Shown here piece by piece: positions 13,355-25,293 of a stretch of 64,000 nt of DNA. Position numbers and translations under genes: made by a program. Each line of letters starts with the position of its first letter. Within the stretch, counting starts at the first letter, position 1. Source of the DNA: Diadema antillarum (Eukaryota); contig NW_027271164.1 of the NCBI RefSeq assembly GCF_040938485.1, positions 2,144,064-2,208,063 of the forward strand, given 5' to 3'. The notes below the pieces were generated by a model that did not search any database, was not told the origin of the DNA, and saw only the letters and a program-made list of their open reading frames with translations.

Positions 13355-13630
13355 GGTGTACGTCATGAGACCGACGCCCACGAGGTAGACAGCCCATGAG
13401 TTCAACTCTAAGCAAAAATTGCCCACGAGACCGACACTTTAAGCCCCGTGTTGTAATGTCGAACTCGTTGGCTGTTTTTACCTATAGTGTCGAACTAATT
13501 GGCCTTATTTGCGTAGCGTCAAACTCATGGGCTGTATGGTTTGTGGGCTGAATGACTCTTGGACCTTATTTCAATGTCAAATTCGTGAGCTGTATGACTC
13601 ATGGATGTCGGTCTCGAGGGATGACCCTCA
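13355..13630. mobile_element. MITE-like element with terminal inverted repeats (catgagaccgacgcc ... gatgtcggtctcgag) and four internal ~30-bp direct subrepeats (gtcgaactcgttggctgt-type).
   Basis: TIRs and subrepeats read from the sequence. Present only in the copy-B upstream region. Confidence 0.4.
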
Positions 13631-15030
13631 TTATAGAGTGAGTCCCTCAGTATAGAGAGAATGGCGGAAAGACAGACAGAAACAAAGCGAAAAGTAAAAC
13701 ACAATATGTAAATTCACGTACTTTGGTATACATGCAAGAACACATATAGTACACACACCCATAGACAGTACAGTACACATCATAGTAGTATTCAACTAAA
13801 CTAGGCAAAGAGACTCAAAGCATTAACAGCATCATACATAAACCCATATTCCATAATGTCTCCATTTGCCCACGTATACCCACACTCATTTCCTGTCTTA
13901 TCTAAAGATGCACAGTATAATACTCATTTTTTTTAATGAGAGTCCTTGCTTTGTGGGACTCAGACTGGCAAAGAAAAGAATCCCTGGCTATTGACCAACA
14001 TGAAAAGACAGCAGCTATCATGCATAGTTATGAAACAGTTGGTCGTAGAGATGTCTGGCGATACCCACAGCTGCTTGGAACTCTTCATCATCATCATCAT
14101 CTTCTTAATCTTCTTCTTTTTCTTGACGACGTTGTTGCTAATTGTTTGTTTGTTCGTTTTGAGGTGGTTTCAGCAATATCTCTATAATCCACAACAGTGT
14201 ACAGTATATCACTTCACGGTAAAGTCTGAGAATTTTCGCGTGTGGTAGTGCAACAATGATATTTGTGGTAGTGTGATATAATTTTAATGATAAAATGGGG
14301 CTCTTGTTTTCTAGGGCCCCATTTTTTCCCTCTCCTTCTTTCTTTAAAACACATCTCCTGTTAGGTCGTGTATAACGTTTGTTGCCTTCTCGCAGAAAGC
14401 AGGAAAGAGCAGTACGGATTAAGCAACCCGTAGCTGTGTTGACATACACGGTTTTTAAGGAATTGACATCAGAACTGTGGGTGGGTTCATGCAAATAATG
14501 TAGAATTAAACTCGAATTGAAGTTGGCGTCCCTCATGCTCTGTATGGCATCAGTACGAGCACCCTCTAGCGTTCAGTAAAAGCACAGTTTTCATTTCATT
14601 TATCAGATTCTAGCGGCACAGACTATCCCACACGTACCATATCTCTACGGGATAGCGATCCCACACGTCTTGTGTATACACGCTTATTATTTTTTTTTAT
14701 TACACTCTGTATCCTCTTTATACAGTCAAATAATGCAGCTCGAATTCTATACAGATCTGTACAATTCTGCTTTCGTTATTTGTACTAATGATACGTGTTG
14801 TTTTGTTAATTGGGGTCATTTGTGATTTTCAATAAAAATGAAATAAATGAATCGAATACGAAATTAGAAAAATATATTGTCAAATCAGCTCTGAAATACA
14901 TAGACCTCCTGATCCAACAATAAGCCCCAATCTCAATGTTAGAGTTAAAAGGTTAAAGAAACATGAAGTAAACGCAAATTAATTGATATACGTACATCTC
15001 TAATTTCAGTATATGTGAAACCATCCAGGT

Positions 15031-15067
<37 letters not shown>

Positions 15068-15716
15068 TCTTCTTTTCATGTGCACGCACATGATACGAGT
15101 GATCATTATGAACAAACGAATGGTTGGGTTTACATTTCACAGAACTGACCCATCCCTTTAAGAGAGAGCGAAGCGTTAAAACAATGTCGATCAGCCCTTG
15201 ACATTTTGTCAATGACGTTGATTTTAATTGATTGACTGGCCAGATTCATTGTTGCTGGTATCTCCATCGAAAAGGATCGACTATACACCAGGACTTTCGG
15301 TCAACGAGTTCCTGATGACTGATCACAGCGCTGTGTGCAGTTGGTAGATGTTGCAATCTCGATTTACCATGACTGCAGGATGAGTTATGCCGTCAAAGAA
15401 CCAATCATGGATCATTTCAAAGTCAATGCCACGGCCTCGAGGCTTCTGAGCAAATCATCTCAAGTTTAGTGTATCTGCATGGCGGCGGTTATAACTCCTG
15501 TAGGTAATTAAACGCTTCCTGCCTCAACACACCGGCGTTTTGGGAAGTTTATCAAGTCCATACTTGTTCGCAGAAAGTTATTGATACTGAGTTGTGCAAC
15601 ACCACAAGCTGCTCTACTTTCACTTTTCTATATCACTGTTAACGCAGTGTCATAATCCGGCTTTTAGTGCAACGAATTCCATCGAAGTGGAGAGAGCTTA
15701 GAAGTTTTCAATCCCT

Positions 15717-15770
15717 ATGGACATTCTATTTCTGAGGATCGCAGTCTGGTCAGTTGGAATTATAGGACAG
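15717..15770 (+). CDS. Candidate first coding exon MDILFLRIAVWSVGIIGQ (signal-peptide-like) ending at a GTGAGT donor. Gene unknown.
   Basis: ATG, then a hydrophobic stretch, then CAG|GTGAGT. No downstream partner exon identified. Confidence 0.2.
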
Positions 15771-16425
15771 GTGAGTTTGAAGTTCATGCCTATACTTTAC
15801 TGTTGCCATTTCTTTCTCCCCCTCTTTTTTTTCTCTCGTTTTTAAGCCCTATCTCAAACCTATTGTTCTGAAACAAAAGAGAAAAATGTCAATTGCCTTT
15901 TACTAGTATTAACCATCTTTCAGCGATTATAGCTGTAGTCTTGCGGAACTGGAACTAAAGTTTGTAAATGCTATGCTCTACTTTTATCTTTTGCATTATA
16001 GGAGAAAAAACAAACACTCGACTGTTCAATCACCTTTGTTTCATCAGCGTTTAGAATATTGACACTATTAGAGTGAACGCATACTTGGGTGTTACTGTGT
16101 CATTAGATATTTTGTTCTATGAAAACTTGCAAACAGCTTTGATATTCAAATAGAATGTGATTAGAGATTAGAAGGTTTATATTTCATTACCATGAAACGT
16201 GATGAAGAACTAAGATTGAATTAATTTTTTACGATACTCTTAAAGATTGTCATCATTTTTGGTGGAAATTAGAAGTGTAGCTTTAAAATGACGTAAGTCC
16301 TAATTTTGTTTTGTGCGTAGAATATGCATCCTATTGAGAATACACCTTGAATCATGTTAACGCAATTAGGTTCGGCTTGAAACAAGAAAAGCGACACTCT
16401 GCCCTCATGTCCTTAAAGAGTAGGT

Positions 16426-16622
16426 CTACAGTCAAACCTGTCTATAGCGGCCACCCAAGGGAAACGAAAAGAGTGGCCGTGATAGACAGATGGCCGCTAT
16501 AGACATGTGGCCGCTACACACAGGGTCTACAATATGGCTTTCCTCATGGGGGGATTTTTCAATGGCCGCTATAGACAGGTGGTCGCTATAGACAGGTGGC
16601 CGTTAAGGCAGGTTTGACTGCA
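16426..16622. mobile_element. MITE-like element. It has ~22-bp TIRs (cagtcaaacctgtctatagcggccac ... gtggccgttaaggcaggtttgactg) and internal ggccgctatagaca subrepeats in both orientations.
   Basis: Inverted termini and subrepeats read directly. Possible TA target-site duplication. Confidence 0.5.
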
Positions 16623-17198
16623 TAGAGTCAATGTGAGTTACATTAGAGCGCTTAACTGCTTATCCGTCTATTTCAAATAATGATATGAGTTATGTCTTCG
16701 TCAGAGACACACAAAGTATGTGCATGATGACATATTGGTTGTAATCATTAATATTTCACGATCAGTGTAGAGATTGTTTTCATTCAACTTTCAACTTTAG
16801 ATTTTATTTTTCATTTCCATGAAATAAACAGGAGAAATTATATAGAATGCATAGACAAAGAAAATTTGTAGTAATTTCAAAAAACGTACAGTAACAAAAT
16901 ACATGTGATGATGAGTAACAACATAATTGCATTTATATAAGGTATATACATATGCATATCACACGGATGGGAATGGAAGTGGAGGGTCCCACTAAAAAGC
17001 CAAGCTTGTACGATATGGGACCCTCAGAAATACATAAAAAACGAATAATGACTTCATGAAACTACAAACAAATATAAAAAATTATGAAGCATTATTACAT
17101 CATTAATCTCAGTTCAGTATGAATACTTGGAAATTTACTACATAATTGCTGGTACCACATACAAACCATTTCTCCTATTCTTCTTTTTTTTCTCACAG

Positions 17199-17380
17199 TC
17201 TTATTGGGCACAGCAAGCTCAATGTATGACTTTTGTTTGAAAAAGTATCATCCACCTAAAAATCCTGAACAACATGATAGTTCAATGTTTTCTTGCACAT
17301 TATACTTTTCTTCTGTTCCTTGCAAAGCTTTATGTGATAATCTACCACATAGCAAAACAAACAAAACCTCTGGTAGACAG
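17199..17380 (+). CDS. PARP4: Candidate upstream exon of the PARP4-like gene (…MYDFCLKKYHPPKNPEQ…FSCTLYFSSVPCKALCDNL…), possibly a degenerate BRCT-region exon.
   Basis: F-x-C-L-K-x-K-Y-x-P and FS..L....C..L.DN resemble the recalled vertebrate PARP4 N-terminus (FCLKVKYLP…FSFSLNPQCTHIILDN). Splice sites are unclear. Weak. Confidence 0.2.
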
Positions 17381-18384
17381 ATATGAGTGCATGCTGAATA
17401 TTTTTTCCTCTTTTTTTTTCATATCATCATCACAATATTTTCAGTGGTATTTTTTTTATTTTTTTTTTTAGCGTCGCCCGTGAGTAGAAATAATGATTCA
17501 TGGAACAGCAGGATAGGTAGTTATGGACATCAATAATCTCGGCAAATGGTAAATGAGTGTGACGAGAATACCCTCGGTATTCTTGCTTGAGAGAGAATTG
17601 TGTTATTGTTGAGTGATATTAAAGTCACCAATTACTGGGACCTGCTTATCATATGTGCTTACTTTACCAATCTTGAACAGCATGTCGTTAATTGTTGTGT
17701 AATTGATTGTGCTCTAGTTGTAGTTTGTGGACCAGGAAACAAAAATGTCATACTAGACTCATAGTGAACTATAATAGTGTTAGAAGAGAGGTCGTGCGGT
17801 GTATGTGACCTGCCTTGATTATAAAGGAAGCAGGTGTTTATCTGAAAAAGGAAGCACAATGTGATAAGGTATCGTCTAACATCAAAGTTAAATGTACGTA
17901 TGGTGGCATTCTCTTCTTCAGTTTTCTCTTGTGTTCTCTAGTACTCAGTTCGTAAGATGTGATATCTTCTGTATACACTACAGAACAATTGCTTCAATCA
18001 CTATCCATTGTACCATCATGTAAGATGCCCAATGACCTCCATTGACCTGATGTTGCGTCTCTATTTTTCCAACTCCTCTAGATCCGACAGGAAACAATCT
18101 CTTTGACTACTAAAGATTAGCTCCTGTGGCAAAGTCCTAACATACCTGCATGAGGGAAATACCAAAAGATTATAGATCGGAAGCACATTATCCCCACCAT
18201 TAGGATGTCCCTCCAGGAACCTCGCTCCGAGCTGGAAGCCGACAGCTCCGATGGAAAGAATGAACAGGATGGCTTTGAAGAGGACAAGTGTGAACTCGTC
18301 AAATACGTCATACTCCAGGTAGAACAATTACAATCCATGTTTTCTAGCTTTATGGAACTAAATACGATATAAGTAGACGCACAG

Positions 18385-18690
18385 ACCATGGCACTATGCT
18401 ACTTACATTCGATCTCGCTTTGGAGTGATAGGCAATGGTACTATATGCTACTAACATTCTATCTCGCTTTGGAGTGATAGGCAATGGCACTAAATGCTAC
18501 TAACATTCGATCTCGCTTTGGAGTGATAGGCAATGGCACTAAATGCTACTAACATTCGATCTCGCTTTGGAGTGATAGGCAATGGCACTAAATGCTACTA
18601 ACATTCGATCTCGCTTTGGAGTGATAGGCAATGGCACTAAATGCTACTAACATTCGATCTCGCTTTGGAGTGATAGGCAATGGCATTTCT
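18385..18690. repeat. Satellite/minisatellite: about five tandem copies of a ~60-bp unit (cactaaatgctactaacattcgatctcgctttggagtgataggcaatgg).
   Basis: Near-identical direct repeats visible at 18400-18690. Confidence 0.85.
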
Positions 18691-19697
18691 TCCCAAAGCT
18701 CCTTTTTAACGTGCTCGCAGATGTCAAAGTTTGAAGACGAATTACCCTGTTTTGAATTCGCATCGTTAAAGATTATCTTGGCAAAGGACCCCCCCCCCCC
18801 CCAAAAAAAAAAGGGGGGAATGTACTAACATTTGCGTGGTTTTATTAAAAAGACGATATTAATTTTATGGCGTATATTTGTGTTGTAACCATGCTTCCGG
18901 TAAAGTACTTTGTATGTTATGAAGGGAAAGTTCGCTCAAGTACGCTTGTCGTGGGAACAAAATCTTACACGTTACTGGCTTTGCTCATTACAATGTGTAA
19001 TTATGGTGTATAAGCCCAAGGTTGGAAGGAAGCTGGTCAGGATTGTTGTTAGTAAACGAGATCACTTCCTACTTCCTTACCTTGACACAATTCGTCCCTT
19101 CTGACAAACTATTATTAGTATCTAAGTTTTTATGTTCAATCATTCCTCGGTAATTCATTATGCAACATAGATTAATACCAAATCACGAACCACAGTCTTG
19201 AATATAGAATGTTAACCAAGTTCCTGTAATAATTCATTATGATAATAGATCGGTCTCGTAACTTGAACAAGCCAGATTGCAATACAGCTATAAGAAAATG
19301 AGGAATTCAAAAAATTCTCGAAGTGTCTCGTTACTTTGTTTTTTTGTTTCATTTTAAAGTGTGGCTGAATGCGACTTAAATATGTCCCTGTGCTGAGATG
19401 AGATATAGACCGTACCAGGGTCCTGGTATCAGATAGCTAATTTGCTATAAAAAGTGTAATAATTGTTATCTGATCATTCAATCAAAGATTTATTATCCAT
19501 AAACATCCAACTCCGGTTTGTTATACAACTTTTTTATGTGTTCAAGTATTTTGCACATTTAATATTAGCGTATTGTAATGTGTAATCACATGGTAATAAA
19601 GAAGATAATCCTTAGGCCACATTTGATCATGTGGTATCTCAACCAGGTGATATAGTAGTCAGCATTTGTCAAATGAACTTTTTGGTTTGGTCGACAG

Positions 19698-19856
19698 AAA
19701 GAGCTAGAAGATGGGGATGTCGAGTTCACATCTATCGAGCTGCACACCAGTGTTGGAGTACCATCGGCCGTTCTGAGCCAAGGACCCCGGAAGTCTCCGA
19801 CCACGAGACCCAAGTTTAGGGTCTATACTCACCATGGCACGGTGTCTGGAACAAAG
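19698..19856 (+). CDS. PARP4: PARP4-like exon A (KELEDGDVEFTSIELHTSVGVPSAVLSQGPRKSPTTRPKFRVYTHHGTVSGTK).
   Basis: tcgacag acceptor and AAG|GTAGTA donor. Phase 0 to 0, in frame with the next exon. Weak similarity to the pre-helical region. Confidence 0.4.
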
Positions 19857-20178
19857 GTAGTACTTACAGTTTGGCATGCATACTGTATGCACACTATGGG
19901 ACTTTAGTGACGATTACTTGATGAACTGCTATTATTTCACTATCTTTTAGAGATGATACTCGCTCCGACTGAACGAACATTGACATCGAAATATTTTAAA
20001 CCATTTCTGAGATAGAAATATCAGTAGAGTAACATTTCTAAAAACAAAAACAAAGAAAACAGGAAATGCGTATTCATGAAATACTTTTTAGTACATAAAT
20101 TGTTGCTCTTTTTGGGGTGGCATTTTAAGACATTAGAATAGTATAATCCTAAAGTCAGGAATTTGGCACTTTTTGCAG

Positions 20179-20334
20179 GATGAAAATTCTGGGACGAAAT
20201 CGAGTCGCTTTGCTCAGGCTGCCCCAGCCGCCCTGAAGATGTACAATGAGGAGTACAAAGCGTGGACGTCTAAAGGGATGACAAGAACGAAGAAAATGCT
20301 GTCACGTTGGCTTGGATCCAACATTCTGACCAAG
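20179..20334 (+). CDS. PARP4: PARP4-like exon B (DENSGTKSSRFAQAAPAALKMYNEEYKAWTSKGMTRTKKMLSRWLGSNILTK).
   Basis: ttttgcag acceptor and AAG|GTAAGA donor. Phase 0. Confidence 0.5.
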
Positions 20335-21045
20335 GTAAGACAGAGGACGAATACTTTCAAATTCGCATTCCCGATCTCATTTCCCTTCTCCTTCATTAGT
20401 TGGTTTTAGATTGGTTAATTACCTCTTATTTCTATCGTATAATCAACTACTATGTACTCAAGATCATTTATGATTTTATTACATTATGTTACGGTCTGTG
20501 ATAGAAAAAAAGAATCACTTTGAGATCAATTGAATTGAATTGAACTGAATTGAATAATTCTCCGCATATCTGCTACTTTTCTCTTTCTAAAATTGCCGGT
20601 CTCGTTTCTAATCCTGGGCAGTGACCGAACTACTCCTAGGGTTGGTAGAGATGAATTGATATGTATTTAACGTTTTGATTGTAAAATGAAACATTGATAA
20701 TCATGATGCTGATGAAAAATGTTATCAGATAGTGGAAATATGATAATGTGAGAACAGCTAGAGTCTGTATCCTTCCCCTTTCCCGATTTTATGTACATTG
20801 AAGTACAACTGCTGGGGTAGAAAACTGTAGCGATAAATTTTGATCAGGAGCTATGAATCGTATGACAAACCAAATGCAGTGACCTAGTCGACATAGGCGA
20901 TGAAAAACGTACATAATGAAGGTTATATGACCAAGTTGTGTTTATTCAGTGACTTTCCACTGCAGCTACAGGTAGGTATCTTGTCAAATGCTGAACACAT
21001 TGTCTGATCGTGTCGCAACAAGAACGTTACTTTTTAACTCGACAG

Positions 21046-21183
21046 CGCCTCCTCGAGTCGCAGACAGCGAGTGGGGAAGTATCCGAAGCAGTTGCCATGC
21101 TAGCAGACAACTTGTGGAAGGAAGCGATGGGCGAACTCTCCAGGATACTCACTGTACCCATCAAGAACATCCCACCGGGAAAG
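21046..21183 (+). CDS. PARP4: PARP4-like exon C, PARP regulatory helical domain (RLLESQTASGEVSEAVAMLADNLWKEAMGELSRILTVPIKNIPPGK).
   Basis: Aligns to the PARP alpha-helical domain (…MIWAEALGHLEHMLLKPVNRISL…). cgacag acceptor and AAG|GTAAAG donor. Confidence 0.7.
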
Positions 21184-21645
21184 GTAAAGCCATTGAACTA
21201 CAATCCCCTTAAAAGGCTCTGCTATAGAACTCAAGTCCATCACCATGATGGACTTACCTTCCCCACCCATCTCCAACCGCTTTATTTCCCAGCTTGTTTG
21301 ATTCTATTTCAGCTTTTGGTTTATTTTCGATGTTTTAAAAGATCGTTATAACTTCCCTGGCTATACGTTATCACTTATACCTCCGTGGGAACTTCACACA
21401 AAAATTTGTTGCAAGATATTATATATTTTTGATGAAAAGCGTCTAGTTAGATTTTATGTGTAACACTATGATCAAGATTATTCACAAGGAAATGGGAAAT
21501 TACAACGACACTGCTAAAACATTAAGTAAACAATTTTTTTCACGTAAAAATTAGATACGAATTCAACATTCATGTCTTTACGATGCCCGTCATTAGTGAT
21601 TGAGCAGTATTACAATTTTGCCTGGTTTTCGTGACATGTCTACAG

Positions 21646-21828
21646 GTTGAGAAAGCGGAGGCAGTCCTGCTTCAAATCAAGCGAGCCTTGCTGAGCCCCG
21701 ACTCTGAGGACGCAGCGTCGATCGAAGCTCTGAGCAAGCAGTTTCACGAGTTAATTCCACACAGGAACGACGACACACATCAGCTTGACAGTATGAGAAA
21801 GGTTGCCGTCAAGCAAGACCTTTGTCAG
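21646..21828 (+). CDS. PARP4: PARP4-like exon D, helical domain (VEKAEAVLLQIKRALLS…LSKQFHELIPHRNDDTHQLDSMRKVAVKQDLCQ).
   Basis: EFYRLIPH-like motif (FHELIPH) and KKADLCQ-like motif. tctacag acceptor and CAG|GTATTA donor. Confidence 0.75.
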
Positions 21829-22364
21829 GTATTATGCGATGTGTTTACAAAGAACAGTTTAAACAACTCCTAAACGCATCTACTTTATCTCGAGATAGGC
21901 TCTTTGATTAAACCCTTATGTATCTCATGTATACTCTACCGACGACTTTTGAGGTATCCTTTGCTAAAAGTGTGTATGAGTTCTATCAAACAATGATATA
22001 TTTTGTTATACAATGAATGTCTGAGATGATTGTTAGCTGTTTACTCATAAGGCACAAAGCATAACAAATAAGAGATTGCGTTTGAGCTTATTTCAGTTTA
22101 TTTTTTTTACATACTAGTAGTTAGTATGAGTGTGCTTTAACAAATGAATGAAATCATTACATGTGAGCGATCATTGTTATGAAAACATCAGGCTATGATA
22201 TTCACGAATCTGAGCTCTTCAGCAATAAAGTCTATCCACTGCTTGCAGACAGTTTAGTCAATGTCTGTCACAAAACCACGAATGACTTGTGTTCCATATC
22301 TAAGCGATAGCCTAAATTGTCAGTGATAAAAACTCTTTCATACCGCAACCTATCTCGGCTTCAG

Positions 22365-22525
22365 CTAATCCTCGATGTGATCAACGTGAATGAGGCCCTA
22401 GGATGGAAGAAACGGCCGACTGCTGAGTCTAAATACCGCGCCATGCGCTGCTTCATTGAGCACCTAGACCAGGACCATCCTGAGTACCGCCAAGTAGAGG
22501 AACTGGTCCTCTCAACTGCACCCAG
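22365..22525 (+). CDS. PARP4: PARP4-like exon E (LILDVINVNEALGWKKRPTAESKYRAMRCFIEHLDQDHPEYRQVEELVLSTAP).
   Basis: KYRALRC.IEH motif preceding the catalytic domain. ttcag acceptor and CAG|GTAAAA donor. Confidence 0.75.
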
Positions 22526-22912
22526 GTAAAACAAGGAGCGATAATCGGTGTCTACTCGACCTGTTCATTGGTCTTTCTCATCTCATCTCTGCGACACGAA
22601 TAATAAGTTTAATGGATGTATATGAAATATCAAGATGGTTTGATAGGTAAAAACTCTTGTAGTGAATATTCCACTGAAACTTTAATTTCGTATTCTGTTT
22701 ATTTCATTTTGCGTTATAAATGATAGCATACCCGAAGGTAAGATTCTATCTGCAAGATTGCCCTGAACGACCATAATACATTATTTTTATATCAGAAACT
22801 ATGTTGAAGTTGAAACAAATAATTTCCCATTTTGTAAGGAATCATATACGTCTTAAATCATTAATATTATCGTTGCGATAATAAAATATTTTTATTGTTT
22901 ATATCACTGCAG

Positions 22913-23050
22913 ACACCAGGATTTGACGATTTTGAATATCTTTGCTGTGAGTCGGGCGCTGGATGAGTTCAAGTTTGATCGTTCTATCGGCAACGAACGG
23001 CTTCTTTTCCATTCGTCCAAGGCTCGCAACTTTCTTGGCATCCTATCACG
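22913..23050 (+). CDS. PARP4: PARP4-like exon F, start of the catalytic domain (RHQDLTILNIFAVSRALDEFKFDRSIGNERLLFHSSKARNFLGILSR), carrying the catalytic His.
   Basis: LL(W/F)HGS-type motif, here HSS. ctgcag acceptor and CG|GTAACT donor. Phase continuous. Confidence 0.8.
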
Positions 23051-23390
23051 GTAACTCATGTCAAATCATATCAGTCTATATTCGGCGAAAGAATATGAAT
23101 TTGAAAAGAATGCTCACTTTTGTCAACATTGCACACCACTATAAAGTTATGACGATTAACCCTTTCCAGTTGATATCTGACTAATGCAATAATAAACAGA
23201 TATGGTTTGCTCTACCGTGCAATGACTTTAGTTCTGTTGTTTTAACAGTCACTCGTTTAGCTTAGTTCCATTTCTATGATCTAGTAGCCTATTTCTGCCT
23301 TTGTCAATATGAGTTTTCGACTAATTGGTTAACTGTATGTCAAAGTATGGATTTATTATAATGAAACATTGCAATGGTTAACTCTTTCAG

Positions 23391-23489
23391 TGGTATCCTA
23401 CTCCCGAAAATTGTGGTGGAGATGTTTGGAATCGAAAGATGGGACGCAGGGATGCTGGGAAGTGGAATTTACTTCGGAGATTCAACAAG
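23391..23489 (+). CDS. PARP4: PARP4-like exon G (GILLPKIVVEMFGIERWDAGMLGSGIYFGDST), carrying the catalytic Tyr.
   Basis: G.GIYF(A/S)D motif. ctttcag acceptor and AAG|GTAAGA donor. Confidence 0.8.
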
Positions 23490-23699
23490 GTAAGAACTCT
23501 CTATAAGGGATCAATTTCAAAATAACTTGGTTTGGGTTCGCATAATACGCAATCAAAATGACAATAACAGGCATGTGTAGTTGAAATTTCACAGTTTGCT
23601 TGAGCATACAGAATAATATTCCTTAGCGTAAGCAACAGTTAAACAAATACCTTAGATTTTAAATCAGATGATGAAAGTTTGTTTGGGTCTAACCGTGTT

Positions 23700-24440
23700 T
23701 TATCGTCCTCCAGATGTTTTTGATGATTTTACTCTATTTCGAGGTGCTGAATCGTAAGGTGGATGATGCAACTCTTGCATCCTTGAAGGTTCTACGATTT
23801 AGGTGGCCATCAAAATGATTGCCAAAATGGCCGGCAAAATCTGAAATCCTATATTTTGCATTTCCCTGTAAATGATAAAAAACCGGAAAAAATCTTGATT
23901 TAACTGTGCTCCCAGGAAGCTAAATCCGAATCTGGATGATTCAATTCTTGCATCCTTAAGGATTTTAAGATATTGATAATAGATAATATGGCCGCCAAAA
24001 TCTGAAATTTTCTATCTATTTTCTCATAAGTGGAGAAAAGTCATGCTCTGAAATGATTTTGGAGATTGAATCAAGGACAGAGGGAAGAAAGAAAAAACAC
24101 ACACACACACACAAAAATCACATTCATTTCAGGTGAGCGAATTTGTCAAATCAGCCAAAATGGTATCCCAAATGGCCGCCACAGTGGTAATCTATACTAA
24201 ACTAAAATATTCCAGAAATGCATGTCTCATTGAACGTTTTCACGCGTTTTGAAAAGGATGATATTAATATCCCCTCTGGAAGATATGAAAGTTTGACTCA
24301 TATACGAACACAAAGATATTTCTGATAATTCTATCATGCAAAAAGAAAGAAAGAAAGAAAAGAAAAAGATGGTTATGAATTAATGGCCGCCAATATGTGC
24401 AGAAAACTTTGTTAGCCTGAATACAAAACTACAGGTCGAC
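23700..24440. repeat. Intronic dispersed repeat family of ~100-130-bp units containing ggatgat(g/t)caa(c/t)tcttgcatcctt(g)aagg… and atggccgcc(a)aaatctgaaat. At least four copies here and diverged copies at 30000-30260.
   Basis: Visible recurrences at 23760, 23930, 24150 and 24380, and 30010/30190. Confidence 0.45.
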
Positions 24441-24719
24441 AACGATATATGTTTATATGTTCATATCACCATGAATACTTGTCTTACTCTGAAAGGATAA
24501 ATTTTAGCACAACACATGAGTTCGGTTGAGTTTATCTTATACAGTATATATACACACGGATTAAAAGCGTGCTGTAGCCGGACAGCTGTTTCGTGAAACT
24601 TTTAGTGCCCTTGATGGTTCTTAAATCTACGGGAGAATAATTAAAAGTTTTAAATGCAATATAAGATGCACTGTTCTGGGGAGAATTAGATTTTGGCATC
24701 ACAATTTCAGTATAATAAG

Positions 24720-25293
24720 TTTAAAGGACAAGTTCACCTTCATAAACATGTGGGTTTTGTGAATGCAGCAATATTAGTAGAACACATCAGTGAAAGTTAG
24801 AGGAAAATCGGACAATCTGTTTCAAAAGTTATGAATTTTTTAAGTTTCTGCTCAGTCACGCCTGGATGAGAAGACTACTGTAGCTTGTGATGTCACATGT
24901 GTACAACGATATAAAGAAATAATAAAGAAAATTCAACACATTTTCACTTTTCTTGCATAACAAGAGAACACTTGACTTCTCTCTTTCAGAAAGCAGGGGG
25001 AAAAATATTACCCTCAACATACGTCAGTAAACAAGTCGAAGAAATGTGCACTTTATTCAAAAAGTAAAGTTTTGTGAAATTCTCTTTTTATTTTCCTCAT
25101 ATCGTTGAACGCATGTGACATCATACACTGTGGTAGTCTTCTCATACAGCAGTGACTGTGCAGATACTTTAAAATTCATCACATTTTAACGGATTGTCCG
25201 ATTTTCCCCAAACTTTCACTGATGTGTTGAACTAATATTGTTGCCTTAACTCAATCCACATGTATATGAAGGTGGACTTGTCCTTTAATAGGC
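24720..25293. mobile_element. Foldback/MITE element: about 225-bp near-perfect terminal inverted repeats (24725-24950 and 25085-25290) around a ~130-bp loop.
   Basis: The sequence aggacaagttcaccttcataaacatgtgggtt… recurs as an exact reverse complement (…aatccacatgtatatgaaggtggacttgtcct). It is flanked by TTAA on both sides (gtTTAAaggacaag … cttgtcctTTAAtagg). Confidence 0.65.

Noticed and set aside
22324-22364. Extending exon E upstream to the ttgtcag acceptor at 22323 (…SVIKTLSYRNLSRLQ).
   Set aside because: That acceptor is out of phase with the exon D donor. The in-frame ttcag acceptor at 22364 restores continuity and aligns better with the helical-domain sequence.
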